A stretch of DNA of 64,000 nt from the NCBI GenBank assembly GCA_965199825.1, contig OZ241329.1:1568001-1632000 (forward strand). Reading direction: 5' to 3'. Positions within the stretch are counted from its first letter, which is position 1, and each line of letters starts with the position of its first letter. The position numbers and the translations under genes are program-made. Below the pieces are notes generated by a model that was not told the origin of the DNA, searched no databases, and saw only the letters and a program-made list of their open reading frames with translations. This stretch comes from Bdellovibrionales bacterium. Its GTDB lineage: Bacteria; Bdellovibrionota; Bdellovibrionia; Bdellovibrionales; UBA1609. Shown piece by piece: positions 29,450-38,067 of this stretch.

Positions 29450-29978
29450 GATCATATTTATTTTATTTAGTCTGCCAAGTTTGGCGTCCGAAATCAGTTC
29501 TGTAAAATGGGGGCTCGGTTTTGGAACAGGCATCAGAGCCGAAAGCCAATACTCCGACCCACAACCACAGCTCAATCAAACTTATATATTATCGACCGAC
29601 CTCCGCTGGCAGCAATTTCAACTCTTAGCCGAGTGGTCGCGGTGGAACGAATCGTCGAGCGACGGCAATATGCATATGGAACATCAACAAACAAATTATC
29701 TATTGTTTGGCCGCGCCGAAGTTGTGCGCTCAGGATGGATCGCATTGTTCGCTGGCGCCGGCGGCGGATTACAGCAAGACAAAACAAGCATGCAGTTTGG
29801 TCGCGCCAACACCAAAGGCCAAAGCGAACTCGCAAAAATCTACGGCGGCGAACTCGGTCTGACATTTTATCTTTTGGATCGCTGCACCTTGCAGGTGGGC
29901 GGACGGCTGATGTCCCAACCCTACAACTCACGATGGACCCAATGGGCCTCCGTGCGATTGGCGTGGGATATTTTTTGA
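29436..29978 (+). CDS. Small outer-membrane beta-barrel protein
   Basis: GAGGAG RBS, signal peptide, LFAGAGGG, GGELGLTFY, aromatic C-terminus; overlaps the peptidase gene. Confidence 0.75.
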   Translation: MRVAKIIFILFSLPSLASEISSVKWGLGFGTGIRAESQYSDPQPQLNQTYILSTDLRWQQFQLLAEWSRWNESSSDGNMHMEHQQTNYLLFGRAEVVRSGWIALFAGAGGGLQQDKTSMQFGRANTKGQSELAKIYGGELGLTFYLLDRCTLQVGGRLMSQPYNSRWTQWASVRLAWDIF

Positions 29979-30345
29979 TTGGGCGGGTTGTTGGGACGGG
30001 ATCGTGGGCTTGGGTTGTTGCGGGTCGGTGTTGAGGTGGGGCTGGGTTTGGGGTTGGGCTGGGGCTTGGGTGTGGGTCGAAGTGGGCTTTGCGTTGGGGT
30101 CGTAGGAGCGGGTTGGGATTTGGGTGTGGGTTTTATGTGGGATCGGTATGAGCGGGTTGGTTGGGCGTAGGGATGCAGGGCATGCGTTGGGTTGGCGTTT
30201 GCTTTAACGACGCGGGCTGAATGTGGGAGCGGGGTATGTGGTTGAGTTGCGCTTTGGCTTGCTTTGGGCGTCGCAATGCGGGCAGCAATGGGGTTCTGCT
30301 AATGGTCGGCGCGGGGGGTGGGTATGTGGTTTGGGTTAGTAGGAC
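29979..30345 (+). repeat. A-poor, G/T-rich low-complexity tract with G-quadruplex potential
   Basis: Dense GGG runs (e.g. GTGGGGCTGGGTTTGGGGTTGGGCTGGGGCTTGGGTGTGGG); 16 G(C/T)GGG pentamers counted. Confidence 0.85.
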
Positions 30346-30426
30346 CGCGAGCTGCTGGTGCTCCCATCTAGGTTCTGTTTGCACTCACATTTTACTGTTT
30401 ATAGATTTAACTTTCTGATTTTAATC

Positions 30427-30984
30427 CTACGTCTTTAAATTCATTTTATTTATATATTTATTTTTAAATTTTAGCCAATACGCCCGTCGCCGTTCTTCAA
30501 ACATTTTGCGAAATTCAATGCTGATTGCCGACTCAAGTCTGTTGGCCATCAGATAATCAAAAATCCGAGCCTCATCTAATCCTTGCGAAACAATTCTTGT
30601 AAACACAACTCCATCCCAGAAGCGGCCAAACTTATTCCCTTTTTGAGCCTTAGTCACTATTCGTGCAATCAACCCAAGCGTCACTCTAAAAAACGTTTTT
30701 AAGAGATGAGGTTTATTAAAGCGAATGAGCAGGTGAAAATGATTTCCGACGTTTACGAATTCAGCAATTCGTATTCCATAACGATGAGCCTTTTCGTAAA
30801 TTAAATTTTCAAGCTGTTGACGATGACAAATGTTCTTAAAGCTTAATCGTCCTGTCGCAAGCTGGGACTTCATAACCACATGATGCAATCTCTTGTTGTG
30901 AATTGGCCGTGCGGTTTTTCGTTTCTTGGAATTTCCACCGTAAGATTTTGCATTGCTAAACTTAATTAATTCGAGTTGTTTCAT
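30427..30984 (-). CDS. HUH/Y1 tyrosine transposase-like nuclease (REP-associated tyrosine transposase, RAYT-like)
   Basis: HHVVMKS, HUH motif GNHFHLL, FWDGVVFTRIV, putative catalytic Tyr in DYLMAN; no tnpB nearby. Confidence 0.9.
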   Translation of the reverse strand: MKQLELIKFSNAKSYGGNSKKRKTARPIHNKRLHHVVMKSQLATGRLSFKNICHRQQLENLIYEKAHRYGIRIAEFVNVGNHFHLLIRFNKPHLLKTFFRVTLGLIARIVTKAQKGNKFGRFWDGVVFTRIVSQGLDEARIFDYLMANRLESAISIEFRKMFEERRRAYWLKFKNKYINKMNLKT

Positions 30985-30990
30985 GTGCGA

Positions 30991-31019
30991 ATTATATAAT
31001 TACTATTTAGTTGGTTCAA
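30991..31019 (-). promoter_or_regulatory. Near-consensus sigma-70 promoter for the RAYT gene, leaderless
   Basis: Minus strand reads TTGAAC-17-TATAAT-TCGCAC-ATG. Confidence 0.75.
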
Positions 31020-31050
31020 TTGTTTTTTTGAACTCGTTGAGATTTTTCTG

Positions 31051-31942
31051 GGGCAATGTCATTCTCAGAAATTATAAGTTTTTGTGATTAAGTGTGAACT
31101 TCTGCTGATATTGAGTTGTTGCCCAAAATTAAAATTTTTAAGCAGAACTAAAAAAAATTTGTATTCACGGGCAATGTCATTTTGTGTCAGCATTCAAATT
31201 TAACTCAGTAAATTTCTCAAGATTAAATCGAAACCCACATTAGGGCACAGTTTGGGAGTAACAGCAAAAACTCCGGTGGTGTTCAGTTGTGGTTGATTTA
31301 ATTTCTGCCGGGATAAGTGTTTTCGTTGGGGCAATGTCATTTGATGCGCTTGTAGGAATTTGTTGTTCAGGCTCAAACTTTTCTGAGCGGAATTAAAATA
31401 ATATGCTGTTGAGGGGCAACGTCATTTTCTCTCAGCATTTCAATTTGTGTCACGGTTTTTAAATGCGATCGAGAGGGACTCTTAGCTAAACATCTTAAAA
31501 AGTTAGGTCACAGTTTCATGAAAAACTGTAAACTCCGGTGGTGTTCAGTTGTGATTAAATTAATTTCTGCCAGAGGTGAGTGTTTTGGTTAGGGCAATGT
31601 CATTCGCAGCGGCAACAATTTTCTATGATGAACTTTGCAAATTCGGTTGTGTTAGATTGTTGCACAAGCTTAGATTTTTTGAGCTGAACTCAGGTGATTT
31701 TTTGCGAGGGGCAATGTCATTTCTCACCAGCATTTTCTCCTGATTGAATCGAAACCCACCTCAGGACACAGTTCATGAAAAACTATAAACTCCGTGGTGT
31801 TCAGTTGTGAGATCAGGTGTCTTCATTAAGGCAATATCATTTCATTACAAGAATTTCGGAAGCCTATAAAAAAACCTTTATATCTTAAGTAAGCAGATTG
31901 GAATTCAAACTTTCTGTTAACTTAAAAATGGGCAGTGTCATT
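31051..31942 (+). repeat. Degenerate higher-order repeat (about 3.5 units of 220-295 nt) with 8 GGGCAATGTCATT-type motifs and 3 REP-like palindromes
   Basis: 13-mer (exact or with 1-2 mismatches) at 31051, 31169, 31329, 31414, 31592, 31709, 31829, 31930; CTCCG(G)TGGTGTTCAGTTGTG at 31271, 31533, 31790; AATCGAAACCCAC twice. Confidence 0.9.
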
Positions 31943-32040
31943 TTTCACTGAATGCACCTGCATAAAAATATGCCAGGTGAATCAATCAACTGTGAAGTGA
32001 ATCAAATAAAATCCTTGCGAGTTCAAGAAAGAAAATTTTC

Positions 32041-32116
32041 GTCGCGAAGTTTGTTCAGCTGCGAAAGCAGCTCGAGGCAGCGCGACCGAGTGAAAAGCTG
32101 CGGAAAAACCCGCAGC
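32041..32116. repeat. Pair of GC-rich hairpins sharing GCTGC/GCAGC arms
   Basis: GTCGCG..AGCTGC-GAAA-GCAGCT..CGCGAC (32041-32086) and GCTGCGG-AAAAAC-CCGCAGC (32097-32116). Confidence 0.7.
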
Positions 32117-32127
32117 CACAAGACTCT

Positions 32128-32763
32128 TTACTGCACGATCTTTTGAATAATCGAAGACGACGCGTTGGCTTCTTTCGCAAACTTCTCGCGAAAGCTCATT
32201 GCGCTCTTTGAGTTTGGAAATAAACCGACATTTACGCGGTACCAGGTGCGGCCTTTGATTTCGACTGGAACATAAAAGGCGTTCCAGCCTTTTTCTTTTA
32301 ATTCTGAAGCTTGCGTCTTTGCTTCGTCTTCTTCGGCATAGGCTGCGACTTGAACCGTGTATTTGCCAATCGATGGATTCACAACATGGGGTGGGATCGA
32401 TGATGGTTTTCGCTCTGAGGTTTCTGATTTTGCTGGAGTCGAGGCCGCCACGTGCTCGGTGGGGCTTACTTTTTTGTAGCCATCGGCTTCGGCACCTTCG
32501 GGAGGTTTTTCGGCTTGGACGAATTCTTCGGTTAGGTTTTTTATTTCTTCGTCGGATAAAGATTTTTCGTCTTTTTCGTCGCTCTCGGATGCGACTTCGC
32601 GTCCAGTTTTGTAATCTTGCTCGAGTGAAGCTCTACGATAGTCGCTGTCGCTCACTTGCTTGCCTACAAAAGTTCCCACCGAAAATGAAAGCAGTGAAAC
32701 AAAAAACACCAAGACAAGTTTGACGACCGCATCCATCTTTGTAGCACCCTTTTGATTTTTCAT
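32128..32763 (-). CDS. SPOR-domain membrane protein (FtsN/DedD-like)
   Basis: N-terminal TM; C-terminal YTVQVAAY...TWYRVNVGLF; start moved to ATG 32763. Confidence 0.9.
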   Translation of the reverse strand: MKNQKGATKMDAVVKLVLVFFVSLLSFSVGTFVGKQVSDSDYRRASLEQDYKTGREVASESDEKDEKSLSDEEIKNLTEEFVQAEKPPEGAEADGYKKVSPTEHVAASTPAKSETSERKPSSIPPHVVNPSIGKYTVQVAAYAEEDEAKTQASELKEKGWNAFYVPVEIKGRTWYRVNVGLFPNSKSAMSFREKFAKEANASSSIIQKIVQ

Positions 32764-32868
32764 TTTCCCCCCTAGTATTGAATCATTAGAATACCGACAG
32801 CACAAAGGTGTGGTCAATCTGTCAAAGTCTTGACAAGTCCCTTATTAAAAAGATTCTTTAAAGTCTCT

Positions 32869-33690
32869 ATGGCAAATCTTGATTTACAAAAAGCCTTAAT
32901 CGATGCCACCGCCGCCGTTCTTGAAGGGCGTGAGATTCTTTTAAAACATTTTAAAAGACTCAAACATGTTCAAGAAAAAGAACAAGCCGGTCTGGTCTCC
33001 GAAGCCGATCTTGAAAGCGAAACCGCAATTACCACTTACCTTAAGTCCTGCTATCCAGAAATTCCGATGCTCGGTGAAGAGCAAGCTTTCAAAAATAATT
33101 CGAGCGATGCGCCAGGAAAAACATTTTGGGTCCTCGATCCTCTCGACGGCACAACAAACTATGTGCATGGCTTTTCGATTTTTTGTATTTCGCTAAGCCT
33201 AGTGGTCGATGATCAGCTCACCCTTGGTGTGGTTGATGTTCCACTCCTTAACACCACCTACACCGCGATTCGGGGGCAAGGGGCCTATCGCGACAAATCA
33301 CGCCTTCAGGTTTCTGAGACTTCGAGTTTAAAAAAATCTCTGCTTGCCACCGGTTTTTTTGCTGACGATGCCGATGCGCTCGAGTTGCAGATCAAAATCT
33401 TTTCGCACTTCGTGGCCCAAGCTCGCGGAATTCGGCGTGCGGGTGCAGCCGCCTATGACTTATGTCTAGTGGCCGAAGGGGTGTTTGATGCTTTTTGGGA
33501 AAAGAACTTAAAGCCCTGGGATACCGCTGCAGGAGTCTTGTTGATTCGTGAAGCGGGTGGGCAAGTGACCACTTATCAAGGTGAGGAATATAAAATTTCT
33601 GACGACACAATTCTTGCGTCGAACAAAAATCTTTTTGCCGCCATTTCGACCGAATTAAGTAAGTCCTGTCAAAAAACTAAAAGCTCATAA
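32869..33690 (+). CDS. suhB: Inositol monophosphatase
   Basis: LVSEAD, LGEE, WVLDPLDGTTNY, IRRAGAAAYDLC, PWDTAAG. Confidence 0.93.
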   Translation: MANLDLQKALIDATAAVLEGREILLKHFKRLKHVQEKEQAGLVSEADLESETAITTYLKSCYPEIPMLGEEQAFKNNSSDAPGKTFWVLDPLDGTTNYVHGFSIFCISLSLVVDDQLTLGVVDVPLLNTTYTAIRGQGAYRDKSRLQVSETSSLKKSLLATGFFADDADALELQIKIFSHFVAQARGIRRAGAAAYDLCLVAEGVFDAFWEKNLKPWDTAAGVLLIREAGGQVTTYQGEEYKISDDTILASNKNLFAAISTELSKSCQKTKSS

Positions 33691-33781
33691 TCCAAATCAT
33701 TGGCAATGATAACTGCCAATCGGGTCGAGTTTTCAATTCTTTCGTCTTAAAAAAGTCGCGCTTTTATGACCACTGTCTAGT

Positions 33782-33797
33782 TGGCATCTCGGTTGCT
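33782..33797 (+). promoter_or_regulatory. Sigma-54 promoter of the fliL-fliA operon
   Basis: TGGCAT-CTCGG-TTGCT matches the -24/-12 consensus TGGCAC-N5-TTGCW. Confidence 0.7.
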
Positions 33798-33825
33798 CTT
33801 TCAAACCTTTGAGTAGGGGGAAAGT

Positions 33826-34362
33826 GTGGCAGAAAACAATGCGGCCGAAAAAGTTCAAGCCGCTGCAACCGGATCTAGTCCAGCAGCGCAGAAACCAGTT
33901 TTGTTTATAATTCTGGCAGTGGTAAATATGCTTATCGTCATTGGTGTGGCGGTGATGCTTTTCCTTGGGCAGAAAAAGAAGGCTCATGAAGCAAACATCG
34001 ACGACGTGATTCAAGGCGCGCACGATGAAGAGGTCAAAGAAAAGCTCGACAAAGATTTCGTGGGTAAACTTGTTCCCCTCGAAACTTTTCTTGTGAATCT
34101 TGCCGGATCTCGCGGGCGAAAACTTGCAAAGGTGAACATGGAACTCGAAGTTTCAAACGCCGAAGTACAAGAGGAGATTGATAAGCTCAAGCCAAAAATT
34201 CGCGATATCATTATCATTATTGTTTCGAGCAAAACGTACGCCCAGATCTCGATGAAAGAGGGCAAAGACCAATTGCGCGATGAAATCAGAGATCAAGTGA
34301 ATCTGTTTTTGACTAAGGGCCAGATCCAAAAAGTGTACTTCACCGAATTCATTTTCAACTAG
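33826..34362 (+). CDS. fliL: Flagellar basal body-associated protein FliL
   Basis: N-terminal TM, FLVNLA, PKIRD, VYFTEFIFN. Confidence 0.95.
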   Translation: MAENNAAEKVQAAATGSSPAAQKPVLFIILAVVNMLIVIGVAVMLFLGQKKKAHEANIDDVIQGAHDEEVKEKLDKDFVGKLVPLETFLVNLAGSRGRKLAKVNMELEVSNAEVQEEIDKLKPKIRDIIIIIVSSKTYAQISMKEGKDQLRDEIRDQVNLFLTKGQIQKVYFTEFIFN

Positions 34363-34369
34363 GGAACAC

Positions 34370-35374
34370 ATGAGTCAGGTTTTATCACAAAGTGAAGTCG
34401 ACGCCCTTCTTGCCGCAGTGAGCGAGGGTGAAGTTGCGGCAGACACAAGTAAAGACAAAGGCAGCTCGAATGCATCAAAATCAAATGATGACCGAGTTGT
34501 TGTGGTCTACGATCTTACAAGCCAAGACCGTATTATTCGCGGTCGTTTGCCACAACTTGATGTGATCTATGAAAAATTCATGCGCTCGTTTCGTGTGTCG
34601 CTCTCGTCGGCGTTAAGAAAAATTGCAACTCTCAATCACGCAAGTACTGACTTCTTAAAATTTGGTGAGTTTATTAATACTCTTCCAATGCCCACGTGCA
34701 TGAGTGTTTTGCGGTTTAATGCACTTCGAGGATCAGCTCTTTTCGTGATCGAATCAAAACTTGCCTACGCTTTGGTCGATAATTTTTTTGGCGGAGCAGA
34801 CCGACCGTATTCGAAAATCGAAGGCAAAGACTTTACCCCAATCGAGCTTTCTATTGTTCGTAAAGTTGTTGATCTTGCAATCGATGATTTAGAAAATGCT
34901 TGGATCTCGGTTGAAAAAATTGATTGTGCTTTTGTGCGCACCGAAATCAATCCTCAGTTTGTTGGTATTGTTCCACCTACAGATATTGTTATTGCCTCGA
35001 CTTTTGATGTGGAACTCGAAAATGCCAATGGCACAATCACTCTTGTTATTCCTTACGCAACCATTGAGCCGATCAAACAAAAACTATCTACAGGGTTTCA
35101 GGTTGAGAGTGATCAAACAGATAAGAGCTTGTGGACGAGCGTTTTACGCGCCCAGTTGCTCGAAACCAAAATTGATGTGCACATCGAACTTGGACAAACC
35201 GCAATCACTCTTGATGATCTGATGCATTTAAAAGTCGGCGATGTTTTGCCGCTCGATCAAGATGCTTCGGGCGAGCTCGATGTACAAATTGAAAATGTTA
35301 AAAAGTTCAAAGGTTACCACGGCACTCATCATGGAACAGTCGCAGTACAAGTGACTCGTCCCATAATTAAGTAA
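34370..35374 (+). CDS. fliM: Flagellar motor switch protein FliM
   Basis: LSQSEVDALL CheY-binding motif, DNFFGG, FTPIE, EINPQF. Confidence 0.98.
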   Translation: MSQVLSQSEVDALLAAVSEGEVAADTSKDKGSSNASKSNDDRVVVVYDLTSQDRIIRGRLPQLDVIYEKFMRSFRVSLSSALRKIATLNHASTDFLKFGEFINTLPMPTCMSVLRFNALRGSALFVIESKLAYALVDNFFGGADRPYSKIEGKDFTPIELSIVRKVVDLAIDDLENAWISVEKIDCAFVRTEINPQFVGIVPPTDIVIASTFDVELENANGTITLVIPYATIEPIKQKLSTGFQVESDQTDKSLWTSVLRAQLLETKIDVHIELGQTAITLDDLMHLKVGDVLPLDQDASGELDVQIENVKKFKGYHGTHHGTVAVQVTRPIIK

Positions 35375-35383
35375 GGGGATAAA

Positions 35384-35740
35384 ATGGCAGCAGAAGATAA
35401 AGTAACACCTCTCGAAGTGGTTCAAGGCGAAGGGCAAGGCGATGGACGCAGCCGATTTGTTTCGCTTGGCGAATCGAAAGATCGAAACCTCGATCTGATC
35501 ATGGACATTCCACTGCGTGTGACCGTGGAGTTGGGCCGCACAAAGATGGTTGTGAGTGATCTTTTAAATCTCGGCCAAGGAAGTGTGATTGAGCTCAGCA
35601 AACTTGCGGGCGAGCCTATGGAAATTTTGGTTAACGATAAACTTGTTGCTCGCGGCGAAGCGGTTGTTGTGAACGAAAAATTTGGAGTGCGATTGACAGA
35701 TATTATTTCGCCCACAGAACGAGTGGAGCAGTTGAGGTAA
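35384..35740 (+). CDS. fliN: Flagellar motor switch protein FliN
   Basis: LDLIMDIPLRVTVELGRT, GSVIEL, RGEAVVVNEKFGVR. Confidence 0.98.
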   Translation: MAAEDKVTPLEVVQGEGQGDGRSRFVSLGESKDRNLDLIMDIPLRVTVELGRTKMVVSDLLNLGQGSVIELSKLAGEPMEILVNDKLVARGEAVVVNEKFGVRLTDIISPTERVEQLR

Positions 35741-35742
35741 TT

Positions 35743-36288
35743 ATGCCTATTGCAATATTCTTACTTTTTTTGAGTGCGGCTTTTGCCCAGCCCAAAGACC
35801 TCGCAAGTTCAAAAATCGAGAAGGATAGTCTTGAGACTATCGAGCAGGACTTTGCCAAGGCCGAACAAAAAGAAGAAAAGATTCCTGTTTTAAAAGATGT
35901 GCCCAAAGCCAAAGCCGAATCCCAAAATCCATTTTTGCGTATGCTGATGGCTTTGGGTGTGATTGCCGCATTGGGTGGAGGCACGATTCTTTATGCTAAG
36001 AAATTTAAGAAAAATAAAACCACTAGTGCGACCTCTCCTAAAATCCAGGTTTTAAACCAGCACTACTTAGGCCCAAAAAAGAGTTTAGCGATAGTAAAAA
36101 TCGCAGGCGAGAGTATCTTAATTGGAATCACTGATCACAATATAACTCCCATTCGTGTGCTCTCTCTCTTGGATGATGAATTGCCACCGCAAGCTCCAAG
36201 CGATTTCAATGCGGCAATGGACAACATCGATTTTCTCGATGAAATCCAAGATGAATTCACTTATTCCTCATTGGGCCTCCGCGAATGA
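35743..36288 (+). CDS. fliO: Flagellar biosynthesis protein FliO
   Basis: TM followed by [26 protein letters not shown]; lies between fliN and fliP. Confidence 0.9.
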   Translation: MPIAIFLLFLSAAFAQPKDLASSKIEKDSLETIEQDFAKAEQKEEKIPVLKDVPKAKAESQNPFLRMLMALGVIAALGGGTILYAKKFKKNKTTSATSPKIQVLNQHYLGPKKSLAIVKIAGESILIGITDHNITPIRVLSLLDDELPPQAPSDFNAAMDNIDFLDEIQDEFTYSSLGLRE

Positions 36289-37019
36289 AAAAGCTTTTGC
36301 TTGTTCTGGCATTTTGCTTTGCGCTTCCGGCGGTGGCCCAAGTGACTTTGCCTTCGGTCAACTTCGGTATGAAGTCCACCCAAAATCCGGGCGAGATCGT
36401 AAACTCTCTTAAAATTATTATTGCCCTTACCGTTTTGACTCTCGCCCCAGCGATCATGATCATGATGACAAGCTTTACTCGTCTGATCATCGTGCTCTCA
36501 TTTTTGCGCCAGGCTTTGGGCACTCAACAGATGCCGCCCAATCAATTGTTGGTGGGCCTCGCACTTTTTTTGACCCTCTTTATTATGGCGCCCCAGTTTA
36601 CAAAAATAAATGCCGAATCGATCCAGCCCTTTTTGAATAATCAGATTAGCCAGGACGAAGCACTTGAAAAGGGTTTAGCCCCTTTAAGAGCATTTATGTT
36701 CAATCAAACCAGAGATTCCGATCTGTCCTTATTTGTAAAGATGGCCAAAGTCGATGCACCAAAAACCCGTGCCGATGTTCCAACCCATGTTTTGATACCA
36801 TCGTTCATCTTGTCAGAATTAAAGACCGCATTTCAAATCGGGTTTATTATCTTTTTGCCTTTTTTGGTTATCGATATGGTGTGCGCAAGTATCTTGATGG
36901 CAATGGGAATGATGATGCTTCCGCCAGTGATGATCTCTTTGCCGTTTAAAATTATGTTGTTCGTGTTTGTGGATGGATGGGCGTTACTCGTTGGCTCTTT
37001 AGTAAAGAGCTTTGGATAA
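36285..37019 (+). CDS. fliP: Flagellar export protein FliP
   Basis: [42 protein letters not shown]. Confidence 0.99.
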   Translation: MKKLLLVLAFCFALPAVAQVTLPSVNFGMKSTQNPGEIVNSLKIIIALTVLTLAPAIMIMMTSFTRLIIVLSFLRQALGTQQMPPNQLLVGLALFLTLFIMAPQFTKINAESIQPFLNNQISQDEALEKGLAPLRAFMFNQTRDSDLSLFVKMAKVDAPKTRADVPTHVLIPSFILSELKTAFQIGFIIFLPFLVIDMVCASILMAMGMMMLPPVMISLPFKIMLFVFVDGWALLVGSLVKSFG

Positions 37020-37022
37020 AAT

Positions 37023-37295
37023 ATGACAGAAGAATTAATTATTCGTTTAGGTGGAGAAACTTTAAAGGTCACAGCACTCGTCGCAAGCCCGATGTTGATC
37101 GGTGCACTTGTTGTGGGCTTGATGGTCAGTATTTTTCAAGCGGTGACTCAGATTAACGAAGCCACACTTTCGTTTATTCCAAAAATGGCGGTGGTGGGAA
37201 TCGTTTTTGTGATTGCAGCCCCTTGGATGATGGATCAACTGAGCCAATTTACGGTTCATTTATTTGAGGGGATTAGCGAGTTCGTGAGAAATTAA
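37023..37295 (+). CDS. fliQ: Flagellar export protein FliQ
   Basis: FQAVTQINEATLSFIPK. Confidence 0.99.
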   Translation: MTEELIIRLGGETLKVTALVASPMLIGALVVGLMVSIFQAVTQINEATLSFIPKMAVVGIVFVIAAPWMMDQLSQFTVHLFEGISEFVRN

Positions 37296-38065
37296 TGGAG
37301 AATATTTACCACTTCACTTTAACAGAGGTCGTCTGCTTCGGAATGGTGCTCCTCCGAATGACCGCTTTTATTGTGGCGTGGCCGGTGTTTGGAACAAACT
37401 TGGTTTCAACTCCCATTAAAATTTTATTTGCTTTGGCTCTCACATTTATTCTTTATCCGGTTGTGGGTTACAAACAGCTCAATCCCGAAGCTTTGGTCGA
37501 AATCGTTGCGGTCAGAGAAATCTTTATTGGATTAAGCCTTGGGTTTCTTTCGCGTTTGTTTTTTTTCGCAGTGGGTATCGCCGGCCAATTGATCAGCATC
37601 ACGATCGGCTTAAGCTCGGCCCAATTGTTTAACCCTGCTGTCAACGAGAACTCCACATCGATCGAGCAATTCCATTTGATCTTGGCGAGCTTGTTTTTTT
37701 TAAGCATCAACGGCCATCAAATGCTTTTGTCAGCACTTGCAAAAAGTTTTGAATTTGTGCCGCTCAGTGCCCAATTTATTAATATCAAGGCCTTTGGCCA
37801 ATTGGATGTTTTAATCCAAGAGATTTTTTTGATTGGTGTAAGGCTCTCAGCCCCCATTTTGATTTCTATTTTATTTTTAAATTTGGCAATGGCGGTGATT
37901 GGTCGAGCCGTACCCCAAATGAATGTTTTGGTCACAAGCATGCCAGTTAACATCTTGGTCGGCTTTGTGGTTTTGTTTGTGACTGTTCCTTTGTTACTCG
38001 GTCAAATGGATGATCTGGTGAGCATTACTTTTGCTCGACTGTTTCAAGTCATGAAGGCGTTTTAA
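37295..38065 (+). CDS. fliR: Flagellar export protein FliR
   Basis: EIFIG, AGQLI, NGHQ, RAVPQMNV. Confidence 0.97.
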   Translation: MENIYHFTLTEVVCFGMVLLRMTAFIVAWPVFGTNLVSTPIKILFALALTFILYPVVGYKQLNPEALVEIVAVREIFIGLSLGFLSRLFFFAVGIAGQLISITIGLSSAQLFNPAVNENSTSIEQFHLILASLFFLSINGHQMLLSALAKSFEFVPLSAQFINIKAFGQLDVLIQEIFLIGVRLSAPILISILFLNLAMAVIGRAVPQMNVLVTSMPVNILVGFVVLFVTVPLLLGQMDDLVSITFARLFQVMKAF

Positions 38066-38067
38066 TA

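Noticed and set aside
29979..30418. Gly-rich and Pro-rich short ORFs
   Set aside because: They are by-products of the A-poor tract, which has few stop codons; no translation signals were seen.
30427..30984. IS200/IS605 element with tnpB
   Set aside because: No tnpB or IS-type end pair was identified; the motifs and flanking repeats fit a RAYT better.
31051..31942. CRISPR array or integron cassette array
   Set aside because: The repeat is 13 nt, spacing is irregular (85-178 nt), the intervening segments are homologous to each other, and there is no cas or integrase gene.
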